A stretch of 64,000 bases of DNA from Schizochytrium sp. TIO01 (lineage: Eukaryota; Protista; Bigyra: Labyrinthulomycetes), in NCBI GenBank assembly GCA_004764695.1, contig SMSO01000031.1, forward strand, positions 9,344,761 through 9,408,760. The letters run 5' to 3'. The translations under genes and the position numbers were made by a program. Within the stretch, counting starts at the first letter, position 1. Every line of letters starts with the position of its first letter. Shown in pieces: positions 26,215 to 39,179 of the stretch. The notes beneath the pieces were generated by a model. It was not told where the DNA came from. It saw only the letters and a list, made by a program, of their open reading frames with translations, and made no database searches.

Positions 26215-26250
<36 letters not shown>

Positions 26251-27233
26251 CTGCTTCAAGTTGTGTGGAAACCTGAACGCGCGCGTTTTTTTGTTTGTTC
26301 TTTTTGCTTCTAAGAGCTGGTGCCGCAGAAGTTGCCACAATGGGAGCGCGGCCTCTGACTTCGCATGCATGATGAAGAGTGCGGCCACTTCGACTCGAAC
26401 TGTGAGTGATAGTAGATCGATGCAGGTCGGTGGATAGATAGTTAGCTAGCTAGCTGGCTAGCTGGACTGAATTGGAGAGGTTCTGCGGAGTCCTCTTTCT
26501 TTCTTTCTTTCATTCATTCATTCATTCATTCATTCATTCATTCATTCTTTTTTAAGAGCGAGCAAGATATTTAAGTAAGAGGGTCCTCTTCGTTGTTTAC
26601 TTGCAAAGCGCCAGTCGGATTGAAATTGGTGTGGTGCCGTGAAACGTATGTGTATTCGCTCACACGAGTGATGAAGCCAACCGTGAGTGCAATGCGAAGG
26701 TTGGCAAATTACCAGAGCTAGTTTCCCCAGGTCAAATACATTGTAGCAGGCCTGGTTCGTGAAAGTAGGTTCATTCGTAGCGTGGCATCAGGTTAACTTG
26801 AGGAGATGCTTCTTTATTTTTATTTTATGCCGCTGTTAATTGAAAAGTTTTAATTGGATTATAAAAAATAAATATATATTATTTGTAATTTATTTATTTG
26901 TTTATTTACGAAGTACTTTGTTTTAATTACACCTTTTTCTTCTTTGCTTCCGAGCCTTGGAATCAAGCAGAAAGTAAAACAGAACACAGCCAAAGGTTTG
27001 TTTCTCCCTCTGAGAGGCAAAAGCTTCTCCACCCGTGAACAAACGTTGCGTGGAATGCGCACAGGAGGACACCAGCCTGCCTGCCTGACCAAACAGCACT
27101 TCCCAGACTCACTCCTGCGCAAGTTTCTAACAATGCAGGCCGCTGCTGCGACTCAGCCCTGCTACGATCGATGACAACGCGAAGCATGGAATGTGAAAAT
27201 CCTTCTTTCCAGCTTATTCTTTCTTCTCTCCTG

Positions 27234-27438
<205 letters not shown>

Positions 27439-28009
27439 GTCGTTTTTCCCAGGCCTCGGGATGCCCGCATCGTCGTCGCCTGCTGCTCTCCGCAAATCGA
27501 AGAGGCCCTCCCAGCGACACGTGGAAATCAGCGCTGGAGAGTCGGCGCCATCTCCTCTTCTCCTCTTCTCCTCTTCGCCACGCCTCGAGGTTCTGGTCCC
27601 GGCTCCTGTAACCCTTCCTCTCCACTCCGTGCTCCGCGTCAATTACCCCATTGGTGCTCATCATAGTAACGCGCCTACAGTGCTTTAATCCGTATTGCTG
27701 TTTTGCCTTTTTCTTGATTTCTTATAAACTAAATTAAAATGTATTGTTGTCTGTCTGCTCAGTTTTCCTGGTATCAACCAAGTCCGGTTTCTTTTCTTTT
27801 CAGCATTTTTAATATTTTTATTTTTTTAAAAACGCTAAAGCAAATCGAGGGAGCCAAGGCAGAGGAAGAAGTAAAGAAGACAAGATCCGCAAGTTCAAGA
27901 TACACTGAGAAGGTGCAGCAAGTCCATGCAAAGTATGGAAATGTCCCTCTTGCCATGTGCACTGCACGAATTGCTATTTTCGAGTGACTGACCTCGTCTA
28001 CCATTCATC

Positions 28010-28260
28010 ACACGTAGCTGCTATCTTGGAATTAAAGAGATGCGAAATTCCGAACGTCACTGGGTGAAGCAGTATAGAATCAAAGGGGTGGAGTGGACCG
28101 TTCGTAAGAAAATTGGCATTTTCCCCGGAGATTTTTGATGAAACCTGATTCACACTTGAACATTTCGTAGCATTCATAACCAGTACCCGGTTCGAAAAAA
28201 GGGCAGACCGCGAAAATTTACACGGGAGAACTCGAGGCCAAGTTTTATATGCTAAACGAA
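28010..28260 (+). pseudogene. Possible decayed Tc1/mariner/IS630-type transposase N-terminus (HTH plus GRPR motif)
   Basis: Across frameshifts reads HVAAILEL.../..RHWVKQYRIKGVE.../VRKKGRPRKFT. No intact ORF, DDE region or TIRs seen. Confidence 0.3.
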
Positions 28261-29058
28261 AACTCCATCCTTCGATTTCACGAATATGGCAAACAAATCG
28301 CGGACTTTACTGAGTTTCTCTTTGTGATGGATTTTGTTGTAGATAAATTCGCAACATATCAAGTGGTGCACACAAGGGCCAAACAGCGGCATCAACAAAC
28401 GGGCTGCCTCACATGTAGTAAAAAGATTGCATTTATATCATTCAGAAGTATCTATTTTCCGGTTGCTTTTTTGTCCCAGACTAAATTTCTTAGCAGAAGG
28501 TTCTTTAGTGAGTTTCTTAAGCATGTAAGAAGCATCTCCAAAACCTCACAGGGAGCAGGGTATTTGCTGAGAAAACATCGGGCATCTTTTAAGTTTTACA
28601 GCGTCCGACCAGTTGAAGAAGGCGCCTTTAATTCTCCTCATGACAGCTCTTTGTAAAGCTCTCTCTCTCTCATTGTGAATCATAACTTTGAGCACCCTCA
28701 CGTAAATTATATCTTGCATGACCTCGAGATCCACGATTGAGCTAAGGGTTGCATATTAGGATGCACAACGAATACTTGACCCCCTTTCTGCACTCTTGTA
28801 CGAATTCCGTCACACCTTCTTTTATGGTTAGTTGTTTAGGGTGAGATCCATTCTTGAGTACTCCAAACACTGTAGCGTAATTAGAATCCATGGTTTGGGC
28901 CCGTAACGAGAAGGTTTGGCGAGACGTTGCTCCTACTTTGTTTGCTCTCAAGCTGTTAGTCCTTCTTTTATGAAATGTTTGTGATTGTTTTAGTTGTTTA
29001 GTTGTTTTCAACTTTAATTTTAAAATAAAATTATATAAATATATATATTTTATATTTA

Positions 29059-29174
<116 letters not shown>

Positions 29175-31747
29175 AAAAATATATATATTAATATTTTTAT
29201 TAAACTTCAAAGTTATAAAATATCAAATATGAACTGTGTCATTTCCCAGCTTGGACAGATGGCAACCATAAAGTTAGCTGACCAACGCTCCTTCAAAGTT
29301 TTTTTTTTTTTAATCTGGAGATTGCTTCTGTTTGAAAATGTATTCGTGACTTTTGAAGAAAACTGGGCGTCGCTCTCTTTACCGCGTTCCCTTGTTTGTT
29401 CGATTATAGCATACTAGATTTGCTTCATTTTTTACTTCTCCAAGTGTTGTAATTTCACGACGCTCTGTCCATAAAGCTGTCTATCTACTTATCTATCCAT
29501 CACAGGTGCGTCACCCTTGCCAGATCGGTGGCGCTACCATCAACGGTGCGGAAGAGAACGAGTCCACGAAGGTCCTTGCCAGGCCAGTGCTAATAAAAGA
29601 CAGATAACCTTACACCTGCTTGGCAGCGCCAACGACAATGTCCTTTTCTTTGCCTGCCTCACAGCGCGAAGCAAAGTCGTGGCACGAAATGTTGCTTTCT
29701 GCCAACAAGGAATTCTCACCTGCATGCACCGTCGCTCTCGAAAAGTGATATATGATGCAGCTTGACGAAAGAAAATATTACACAACCCTACTTCGAATCC
29801 ATGGAAAGAAGAAAGTTTGTGCAGCCATGCACAAGAGAAACTATGGAAGGCTACGCCATGCATTGAGAAGGGAAGTGAAGAAGGAAAACATCAAGCTCTG
29901 GAGGAAAGAGGATTAGACGAATCTAGGCTTTCATCATAGCAATTGTGGAACCCTTAAAATGAAGAACAGAATCAAACAAACTTTATGACGCATCTGCATC
30001 TTTCTTGAACAGAAGGAAAGCTGGAGAGAGAAACCTCGCGCATCAGCCCTATTATGTAGTAGGTACCTAGGACTAATGCGACGAGTGAAACAGCGCAGCT
30101 CTAACATTTTCAGGAGTATCATATCAGGCTGAACCTCTATTTTAATTTAATCAGTAAACGAGTGTCTCCATATAGAGTAGAGGTAACTAAGGGACGTGTG
30201 CTTGCGCAGATGGCGCTGTCTTCGCTGACTTCTCCGCGAATGGAATATGGCGCTAGAGATTGGAAATATTGCGCTGTCACCAAGGTTCGTAGAAGTGTTA
30301 TAGATATCTTACTAAGATGATATAGTACTTTCTATGGTCGGCGCGTGAATGGTTCGACGAGAGTAGTTTGTGGCGATCTTTGTGCTGCTCTTTCCAAGGT
30401 GTCAAGGACCTAGTTCTAAAAGAAGCTCAAATTAGGTGTACGCTGTTAAATACTCAAAATGCCTTTGACTTGTCAAACCAGTGAGTCATTGTTTTAGCTG
30501 GAGTTTTTACCCAAGCTAACAGGTTTTAACTTACTACCTCTGACCAGTAAGAGTATTGTCAAACAATAATGATCGATCTACTCCCCAAGATGTGACTCCT
30601 ATTGCATTAGAATGTGCTGTTTATTATTATTCATTATGGTCTGGAAGTCTGTACGTGCACTGCTACAAAACGAGTTGATATGCCGAGGCACTCAGAGGTG
30701 TGCTAGAGTTATATATGAGGAGAGCTTTAACCAAATTGTGATCAGCTGTCTTTAGATCTTCGCTGACATTTTCACACGTTGGCCAGTGGTTGATAACTGA
30801 AAAGAAGATCTAACGTCTAAGCCATGCATAATATTTAATGGTTTCATGTGGTTGAATAGAAAACACCTCGCTTACCTGCGAACCATGGGATATATACGTA
30901 TATTTTTACCTAGGTTTGCCAATTTTTAAATATCTATCTACAAGAAAGAGCGACTGCGAACTGAGCGACGATCTCTAAGCTAACAGATGGGAATGAACTT
31001 GGAAATTATGTTAATACAACATTCTAATTAATCAGAGGAATATGTTTACTTCCGAGAAAAGATGATTGGAATAAGAATTATCAGCCCGGATAAGAATTAT
31101 GACTTTTCGTCGTCGCAAAATATGCGATTCCAAAAACCACCGCCAATTCCAAGCAGTAATAATTGACTTTAGTGCAACTCGCTATCTGATTTTTGGATAC
31201 AACAGATAATACAAATTAGCAAACGATAATAGCACTACTTCCTCCCTATAATATGCAAATCAATCATCATACAAATTCCATACTCTCGTATGAAAAAACT
31301 AAAGAATAGTGTTTTGTCTCCAGAGAGAAATTCAGTACCATGATTGATGATGACCTTAGTCAGCTATCATTGGTCAGCATATAGGTATTGACGATTAAAA
31401 CTTTGCAGTAATATAAGTGAAACTAGAATCATCTCGATGATTCATGGAGTATGTTCATCAAGGAAGGAGTTATATCATTTCGAGACTTTAATTCTAACAC
31501 ATTAGTTGCAAGCGCGAAGATTTTTTCTTGACGAATGGAAAAACTTGGCAAAAGTAAAAAAAAACAAAGAGCAGCAAGTTCCGAACAAAGCACATCATCG
31601 CTGCCATTTTCCATGGCAACTTTTAATTTCATGTTACAAACATTGCGAAATTGAATTAGGAAAAAATCTACTTCATGAAAACCTATTGTTGCAGTGAGTA
31701 CATATTCTCACTGGTGTATCATAAAGTAATCAGTGTCCAATTTATTT

Positions 31748-33838
31748 CTATTCTTCATCATCACCGCTATCATTATCTTCATTCTCATCATCATCGTCAT
31801 CATCGTCATCATCATCACCCTCATCATTTTCTACATCGAAGAGTTGGAGACGACCATGATCTGTGAAAATGAGAGCAACGCCACGTGATGCTTGGCAAAT
31901 CAGACCCAGAGTCTTACGATTACTAGGCTGCAATACCCGATTGCGATAAACTCCCTGCTGCTCTGCTGTAGGATCGCTTTCCACTCTCGCTTGACCCAAG
32001 CAGCGTCTACCCTCTACATCAATATACGTAAGCAATAAGACATCAGCGGAATAGAATTGCACATCTTGCACTGCTTGCACTCCCGGCAATTCAAGATCCA
32101 AAGCGGCATTTTCTTTCGGCGCGGCGACTATTGAGATTTGATTCAATGCGCTATCCACAGCGAGTGCAGCACGCCAAGTTCCATTTGAAGCAAAGGCCAG
32201 GTCAACACGTCGAGGATGCACAGGTGGTAAACGTAGATTGTTCATAGGACGAAAAGATCCACTCACCGCATCCGAAGTCATGTGAAACGCAGCTTGCCAG
32301 GTGCTCTGAAGCCCTGCTAAAACCGACTTGAGTGAATCACGAGTCATGGAATGCAACGAGGCTGTGCTGTAAATAGGTGACTTATCCACATGTGCTAGTT
32401 TGTCAGCCTCAAAATGTTTGGTCAAGTGTGGATGCAAGAGTTCCCTGCTTAACACACTAACAAGCCGATCGCTATCAACATGTGCGAAGTGTTTAACATT
32501 CGCTCGTCGGTGTTGGTTTGTCTTAAGCCATACAGTCTGCAACCACACCGAATAAGCAGCAAAATTCGCTCTTGCATCACGTGTCCAGGTAAGTACTTCG
32601 TGTGATTTTAACAAGAGCTGCTGAGACGCACTGAGCAGCTGTAAGGTAGTTTTTTTGTCAAGACCGATGAGTCCAAAGCGATCCTCCCATCGCGCAAGCC
32701 CGTGCATGTCTTCAAGGCGAAAGACAAGCGCCTCAGCTGCACGCGCTAGCTTCCTCACACATGTTTCCTCCATAGAAGCACAAGCTGTATCAAGCGCCTT
32801 CGCCAGACGCAAGAGACTATGCTCTTGAATATGATCTATATAATGCTGCAATGGCAAACTCGTAACTCCACATGTAAGCATCATAAAGAGCTCTTGCTCC
32901 GCGGTATTAGGCCGTTGAAAGTTTTGCAGTTGTTGCTGCAGAGGTTCCAAATGATTCTTGAGGGCTGTAGTGGCACCGCCCCATGCTTTACTCATTTCTG
33001 CAACAGCTTTCTCTGCAAACGTAATCAGCTCGCCAATATGCCCGTATTGCGCTGCCACATGCCGTAGTTCATCTGAGCGTTCAGCTAGAACTGAGGTGTC
33101 TACAGAAACCACACGGAGCTCATTCTCGAGTTGTAAAAGAGTCAAAAGTGTTCGCATATCTTGTGATAGCTTTACCTTGCGTACACTTGGCTTGCTGCCA
33201 TGGTTTCCAGGAAAAGCCCCGGCAAGGTCAATGCATCCCACAGGGAAGTAGCCGAATGCGCCCAAAGTAACCACACCGCTTGTATCACCGCTCACGAGAA
33301 CCTCCAAGGTCTCCCGCGATTTGTTCTCCACACCAAAGAGAGGCATGTCCATCAGTGCCGATGCATAAGACTTAAAATCCTGAGACTGGCTCATCTCGAC
33401 CTCTGGAAGAAGCGCAGCGCGGTCATTGTACTCAATTTTGCGCTCTTGCATAGATGAGGTAGATTGCTGAGCAGACCATGCCATAGATACTATGCGATCT
33501 TTGTGAGGCCTTGCGTTTTGTGCTAAAGAGTATTCCTCGCCGTTTTCTACATCAAACAACACAATTGAGCCATCCTCCTGACCCACGCCTAGAGCCTTTC
33601 CGTCTGGTCTCCACGCAAGGGAACTCACACCACATGGTGCCAAAAAGAGTCGTTCCCACTTGATGGACCTTTGCACCACGAGTTGATGCGAATTAGCAAG
33701 AGCTACAAGATCCATTGCCGGACAGCAGGATGCCTGTACCTCAATTTCTTCACCATCATGATCCTCACCACTAGAGGCACCAGGGGCTTTAGCCAAAGGC
33801 ACGCTGCGGTCTTGAAGCTGTTCAAAATTCGCCGCCAT
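31748..33838 (-). CDS. APC4: Anaphase-promoting complex subunit 4
   Basis: APC4 N-terminal WD40 signature CPAMDLVALA...WERLF...VSSLAWRPDGKALGVGQEDGSIVLFDVENG, then LVSGDTSGVVTLGAFGYFPVG, a long helical domain (LEDMHGLARWEDRFGLIGL) and an acidic tail. First ATG at 33838 (MAANFEQ). Confidence 0.9.
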   Translation of the reverse strand: MAANFEQLQDRSVPLAKAPGASSGEDHDGEEIEVQASCCPAMDLVALANSHQLVVQRSIKWERLFLAPCGVSSLAWRPDGKALGVGQEDGSIVLFDVENGEEYSLAQNARPHKDRIVSMAWSAQQSTSSMQERKIEYNDRAALLPEVEMSQSQDFKSYASALMDMPLFGVENKSRETLEVLVSGDTSGVVTLGAFGYFPVGCIDLAGAFPGNHGSKPSVRKVKLSQDMRTLLTLLQLENELRVVSVDTSVLAERSDELRHVAAQYGHIGELITFAEKAVAEMSKAWGGATTALKNHLEPLQQQLQNFQRPNTAEQELFMMLTCGVTSLPLQHYIDHIQEHSLLRLAKALDTACASMEETCVRKLARAAEALVFRLEDMHGLARWEDRFGLIGLDKKTTLQLLSASQQLLLKSHEVLTWTRDARANFAAYSVWLQTVWLKTNQHRRANVKHFAHVDSDRLVSVLSRELLHPHLTKHFEADKLAHVDKSPIYSTASLHSMTRDSLKSVLAGLQSTWQAAFHMTSDAVSGSFRPMNNLRLPPVHPRRVDLAFASNGTWRAALAVDSALNQISIVAAPKENAALDLELPGVQAVQDVQFYSADVLLLTYIDVEGRRCLGQARVESDPTAEQQGVYRNRVLQPSNRKTLGLICQASRGVALIFTDHGRLQLFDVENDEGDDDDDDDDDDENEDNDSGDDEE

Positions 33839-34736
33839 GACGACAGTTTTGTCGCACGGATATACTAAAAATATCTGTGCGATCAAGTTTTTTCGTAAAC
33901 TGCTCACGTGCTGTGTCTACTGTTTGTTCGATATTATGAAAACCCAACCCCGAAGTTTGATTGAGGTGGTATTCTTATTAGCTGCTGCAGCAAATGATGA
34001 TGCCGTACAGATAAAGAATAACAAAGCCAACAAGTTTAATTTTAAAAAGCAAAAACAGTTTGGAGAAGAACTTATTTTGAAATGCCTGTGTGGCTAGCTT
34101 AGTTTGTTGCAGGCTTATCCTCTGAACGAAGGCGGAGTTGGTGATGTCAAAACAGTAGATCAACCAATCAATTCCTTTGCTACTTTGAATACTCCACGAG
34201 GTCCAGAAGAAAGGCGAGCACCCCCCGCGTCAAGCACGAGCAGCTAGGCAGGCGACAACAGACGTCTTCTGATTGCCTGACTCTACCAGCCCGAGTTGTA
34301 CTGGCCAAAACACGACACAGATTTGCTGTCGGAGAAGAGTACCTTTCTCTAGCCTCTGATGTAAAGACAAACCGTTTCTACTTTTTACTGAGAATCAAAC
34401 TTCTTAATGAATTTTTTATTTGCCCGCTTCTTCATCTAGCAAACATCTCAACTACTATTAGTCTTCAAATAAAATCAAAATAATGGAAAGAGAAAGAAAG
34501 GAAAACTATCGAACAATCAAAAGTACAAGGAGCAACTAAATTGGCAAAGAAGGAAGGAAACAGGGAAGGAAACAGGATGTGGCGAATTTATAACAGCAAT
34601 AATAACAGTAAGAATACAGGCAGTCTGGAACTACTTACGTATTGAGTCAGGCATCAAACCTCAAACATCAATCAATCCACTGCTTGCAGGGATAGTTAAA
34701 GCACCTGCCGATTGAGGAGTCGTGTCGGGTTAAAAC

Positions 34737-36191
34737 ATGGGAGGTTTTGTCCTTGGAGACCCTGTGCGTGTGCGCAAGACGCGAGCTCGTGGAGTCGTGG
34801 CATACGTGGGACCGTTGGCAGGCAAAGATGGCATCTTCTATGGAGTGGAACTACAGTCTGCGCAAGGCAAGAATGACGGATCCTGCGAAGGGCAGCGATA
34901 TTTTAGGTGCCCAGCAAATAGAGGAGTTTTTGTGCGAGAAGCCAATCTCGAAGGCATTGGTGCAGCAAGAGGTCACGATTTATACGCAAATGATGATTTT
35001 GGCGTTGATGACGAAGACTGTCGACACATGGAGGGCAAGAAAGCAATTGAAGGCAAACTAAGTTCGCAATCGCTGGAGCGCCGGCCAAATGTAGATCTGA
35101 CAGGGGGGGCTTATAGAGCAGCCAGCGACCCTTCTCAGATAAACACTCAAACATGGACTCGAGGGCCGATTCGACCAGAAGGAATTGCGATGAATGTCTC
35201 AGACAGACCTGTGCTATGTGCAGCTATTTCCCCAGATGGAACAGAATGTGTTGTGGGAGGCACTGACCACGGTCTTAAGGTCTTTAACATGGATACTGGC
35301 AAAATGGTACGCAACCTCTATGGCCGAAACGCCGGCCATGCCGAGTGGGTCACAGACGTATCCTATTGTCCTGACGGAACAATTTTAAGCGCAGGCATGG
35401 ATGCAAAATTGTGCTTATGGCGTGGGCCTCGGTGTGATGACTTGCTCGGACATAGAGGATCTATTTCACGGTCCCTTGTAGCCGAAAATGGATGCTTTGC
35501 TTTTAGTTGCGGATATGACAAAACGTTACGCCTGTGGAATCTGCAGTCCCGCCAAGAGGTTGCGATGGTAAAGGCCCATACGGCGCCAATCCTCGATATG
35601 GCATTGTCCAAGTCCGGTTTGGTCATGACCGGAGCCCGAGATGGCACTGCATCAGTTTGGGACTTTCAATCCTCTTCAAAACCCAGAGCAACATTTCACG
35701 AAAATTCTCATTCAGGACATGTTACTAGCCTGCACACCTGGGAGATGCAAAACTTTGCAACTGGTGATCAAGCTGGTTATGTTTATCTACATGACTTGCG
35801 AGCACAACACAGTAACAACTCAGCTACATCAAGCGTAGCACTCCACCCTGGGGGCGCTGTCAATGCTATCAAAACCTCCGCTAGCGGTACACTGCTGGTA
35901 TCAGCTGGCGCTGATAAACGAGTTAGCGTGAGTGATGTAAGAATGCTGGACCAACCCGTTTGGACATCGGAGAACCAGCACACTGACTTTATTTACAGCC
36001 TGCATGTAGCTGGAGACCTTGTATTATCTGGTTCAGGGAACGGAACCCTTTTAGTTCATAATATCGAGACTGGCAAACTTTACTATGGTCTAGGTGCAAA
36101 CCAAGCCGCAATTCGTACGATTGACACTTTTAATAACAAGATGCTTGTTGCTGGTGATGATGGAAATGCGATATCTTATTCATTTCGATAA
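34737..36191 (+). CDS. CAP-Gly domain plus WD40 beta-propeller protein (microtubule-associated candidate)
   Basis: CAP-Gly motif GVVAYVGP...YGVEL...GKNDGSCEGQRYFRCP..RGVFV, followed by multiple WD40 repeats (GHAEWVTDV, GHRGSI, AHTAPI, LRLWN, ASVWD). Confidence 0.92.
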   Translation: MGGFVLGDPVRVRKTRARGVVAYVGPLAGKDGIFYGVELQSAQGKNDGSCEGQRYFRCPANRGVFVREANLEGIGAARGHDLYANDDFGVDDEDCRHMEGKKAIEGKLSSQSLERRPNVDLTGGAYRAASDPSQINTQTWTRGPIRPEGIAMNVSDRPVLCAAISPDGTECVVGGTDHGLKVFNMDTGKMVRNLYGRNAGHAEWVTDVSYCPDGTILSAGMDAKLCLWRGPRCDDLLGHRGSISRSLVAENGCFAFSCGYDKTLRLWNLQSRQEVAMVKAHTAPILDMALSKSGLVMTGARDGTASVWDFQSSSKPRATFHENSHSGHVTSLHTWEMQNFATGDQAGYVYLHDLRAQHSNNSATSSVALHPGGAVNAIKTSASGTLLVSAGADKRVSVSDVRMLDQPVWTSENQHTDFIYSLHVAGDLVLSGSGNGTLLVHNIETGKLYYGLGANQAAIRTIDTFNNKMLVAGDDGNAISYSFR

Positions 36192-36786
36192 TGTATCATT
36201 TTTAAGAGACACATACGTGTCAGAAGAAGAAGAATGATAACTACGATATAGGTATATGGTCTGAGCCTGCGAAAGAATATGAGTATATCAAAACAAAAAT
36301 GAAACCTGTTTTTGAACTTTCATATCCAAAGTATTTGTCATGATGATCTACAGTGACTGATGCTATCCAACTCTATACCAAAATGTAATGTTAAATGAAA
36401 GATTCACTACATCCCAAGAGACATCTTTATCTTTTTTAGGCACCACTCCAAAATTTCATTTTTCTTGATTTAAAAAAAAAAAATGTACCTCATACTCCAG
36501 ACGTATATTTATGTTGAATCAGAATTTCCTACTGACTCGAGATTTCAAAATACACTATGCTAAATATCCGTTAACAGTATATGCGAATGCGAATTTGTTT
36601 AATCATTCAATCATCTCGCTTGCAGTTGAAATGAATGAGAAAGCATTAAGTATTAAGTTTTATGTATGAGGACTAGACAAAAACAAGATCATACAGACAA
36701 GCTTCAGAACAAGGGATCTATTCACCATTCAAAAAATCAAACACTGACGAAAGCATAACTTATCAAAAAGAACAACCAAAAACATA

Positions 36787-36859
36787 TTCTCCGTGGCGGG
36801 TTCGAACCGCCGACCTACAGATTAACAGTCTGACGCTCTACCAACTGAGCTAACGGAGA
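36787..36859 (-). tRNA. tRNA-Asn(GUU) copy 1
   Basis: TCTCCGT TA GCTC AGTTGGTA GAGC G TCAGA CTGTTAA TCTGT AGGTC GGCGG TTCGAAC CCGCC ACGGAGA A folds as a 73-nt cloverleaf with anticodon GTT. Oligo-T follows. Confidence 0.97.
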
Positions 36860-36962
36860 CCTGATCCTCAATGACCAATCATTGCCACTGCGTTACTTCC
36901 GATTTGCTCAATATCATTATATTTATTTCAAAAAGGTACATTGTTTTACAAGAAAAAATAAA

Positions 36963-37035
36963 TTCTCCGTGGCGGGTTCGAACCGCCGACCTACAGATTA
37001 ACAGTCTGACGCTCTACCAACTGAGCTAACGGAGA
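36963..37035 (-). tRNA. tRNA-Asn(GUU) copy 2
   Basis: Identical to copy 1. Confidence 0.97.
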
Positions 37036-37377
37036 AAGCTATCGAACTGATCCTGTGATCATTCACACGAGCTTGATCAGAATTTGCGCTGCCTAGCCTG
37101 GTTCGTACGGCATGAATTTAAGAGACAGAAAAAAAAGGAAAAAAAAAGTATCTACTTAATCACAACCTCGCTTCATGGAGTACCCAGACAAGTTAAGGTC
37201 ATAGCTACGAGGGTATTGTTTTAGAAAAAGAGACCATAATTAATCATTATTACTTTATATCTCGTGACTCTTCTTTGATTATTCAACACCATCTGATTGT
37301 CAAAGCTCCTTTTTTGAAAGTAGTTCTAAGAACCAACCAAGAAGTAATTTTTTATTTATTTTTTTAAAAAGGCAATC

Positions 37378-37450
37378 TTCTCCGTGGCGGGTTCGAACCG
37401 CCGACCTACAGATTAACAGTCTGACGCTCTACCAACTGAGCTAACGGAGA
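37378..37450 (-). tRNA. tRNA-Asn(GUU) copy 3
   Basis: Identical to copy 1. Confidence 0.97.
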
Positions 37451-37639
37451 AAGCTATTGAAATGATCCTGTGATCATTCACACGAGCTTGGTAACAATTG
37501 CTGCTACTCATCCTGGTTCGTAGGCTAGTAAACAGAGAGAAGAAGAAAAAAAAAAATACATGACTAAGCATAACCTCACTAGAAAAAATGTTCAAAGTGG
37601 AAGAACAAAGCTTTTTTGGTTGTTTATTTTAAAAAACAA

Positions 37640-37712
37640 TTCTCCGTGGCGGGTTCGAACCGCCGACCTACAGATTAACAGTCTGACGCTCTACCAACTG
37701 AGCTAACGGAGA
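37640..37712 (-). tRNA. tRNA-Asn(GUU) copy 4
   Basis: Identical to copy 1. Confidence 0.97.
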
Positions 37713-37908
37713 AAGCTATCGAACTGATCCTGTGATCATTCACACGAGCTTGGTCACAATTGCTGCTACTCATCCTGGTTCGTAGGCTAGTAAACAGAGA
37801 GAAGAAGAAGAAAAAAAATCTACCTAACTAAGCACAACCTCACTAGAAAAAATGTTCAAAGTGGAAGAACAAAGTTTTTTGGTTTTTTATTTTCAAAAAA
37901 ACAAAAAA

Positions 37909-37981
37909 TTCTCCGTGGCGGGTTCGAACCGCCGACCTACAGATTAACAGTCTGACGCTCTACCAACTGAGCTAACGGAGA
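37909..37981 (-). tRNA. tRNA-Asn(GUU) copy 5
   Basis: Identical to copy 1. Confidence 0.97.
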
Positions 37982-38200
37982 GGACTATTGAAATGAACCT
38001 TGGATCATTCCCTGGTGGCTGGTGAGAATATGCGCTGCCTAGCCTGGTTCGTAGGCCATCAAACTGAGACAGACAGGGAAGAAAAGCAAAGAAGAAAAGG
38101 GGAAAAAAGAGTTATCAAGCACTAACTCGACTTTATGAATTGCACATGGTTGTAGATTTAGATGCTCCTAGGGACTAGAGACCAAACAAAAAAAAAAATG

Positions 38201-38273
38201 TTCTCCGTGGCGGGTTCGAACCGCCGACCTACAGATTAACAGTCTGACGCTCTACCAACTGAGCTAACGGAGA
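38201..38273 (-). tRNA. tRNA-Asn(GUU) copy 6
   Basis: Identical to copy 1. Confidence 0.97.
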
Positions 38274-38650
38274 AGCTATCGAAGCGATCTTGAGATCATT
38301 ACCGAAGGTGACACAATTGTGCCTGTGCTTCCTTTCATTGGTTGGGGATGGATTTTTCACAAGAAGAAAGAAAAAAAAACTAAGCATTAAGAAATGCTAA
38401 TTCAAAACCTACTAAATGCCACTTTATCAACACCTACAACAACATCATAACACTTTCAACTACTACCAAAGGTTTATTGGTAATTGGTCACAACAAACAC
38501 AATTCTAGAGTGCTTCTGTACATCGCGATGAAATTTGCTAATAAGGAAAGTATATATTTCTTTTCGTATCTTGCATTAAAAACAGCTTCCACTTCAAGTT
38601 GGTAGGAAAAAACTGCCAGTAATTTCCAATATTTTTTTGTTAAAAAGGAA

Positions 38651-38723
38651 TTCTCCGTGGCGGGTTCGAACCGCCGACCTACAGATTAACAGTCTGACGC
38701 TCTACCAACTGAGCTAACGGAGA
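38651..38723 (-). tRNA. tRNA-Asn(GUU) copy 7
   Basis: Identical to copy 1. Confidence 0.97.
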
Positions 38724-38820
38724 CTTGAATTCCACAAATCGGATATCTGTCAGAATAGCTCAGGAATATTTATTCATTTTCCTAACTATATTTTTATAGA
38801 AAGAAGAAAAAATGAAAGTT

Positions 38821-38893
38821 TTCTCCGTGGCGGGTTCGAACCGCCGACCTACAGATTAACAGTCTGACGCTCTACCAACTGAGCTAACGGAGA
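38821..38893 (-). tRNA. tRNA-Asn(GUU) copy 8
   Basis: Identical to copy 1. Confidence 0.97.
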
Positions 38894-39007
38894 AGATACT
38901 GAGGAACCAACTTGGTCATTGTGGTTTCTTGGCAACTACATCTTCACTGTTTTACATATAGCTTTGGTTCATATTTTTTGATTCCCAATTTAAAAAAGAA
39001 AAATAGC

Positions 39008-39080
39008 TTCTCCGTGGCGGGTTCGAACCGCCGACCTACAGATTAACAGTCTGACGCTCTACCAACTGAGCTAACGGAGA
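39008..39080 (-). tRNA. tRNA-Asn(GUU) copy 9
   Basis: Identical to copy 1. Confidence 0.97.
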
Positions 39081-39179
39081 TTGCAATTATCGGATGATGC
39101 CCAATGATCTCAGTTGTTCTATAATATTGCCATCCTAAAATTCTCTTTTTAAGAGAGAAGCAAATCTTTCAAAAAAGAA

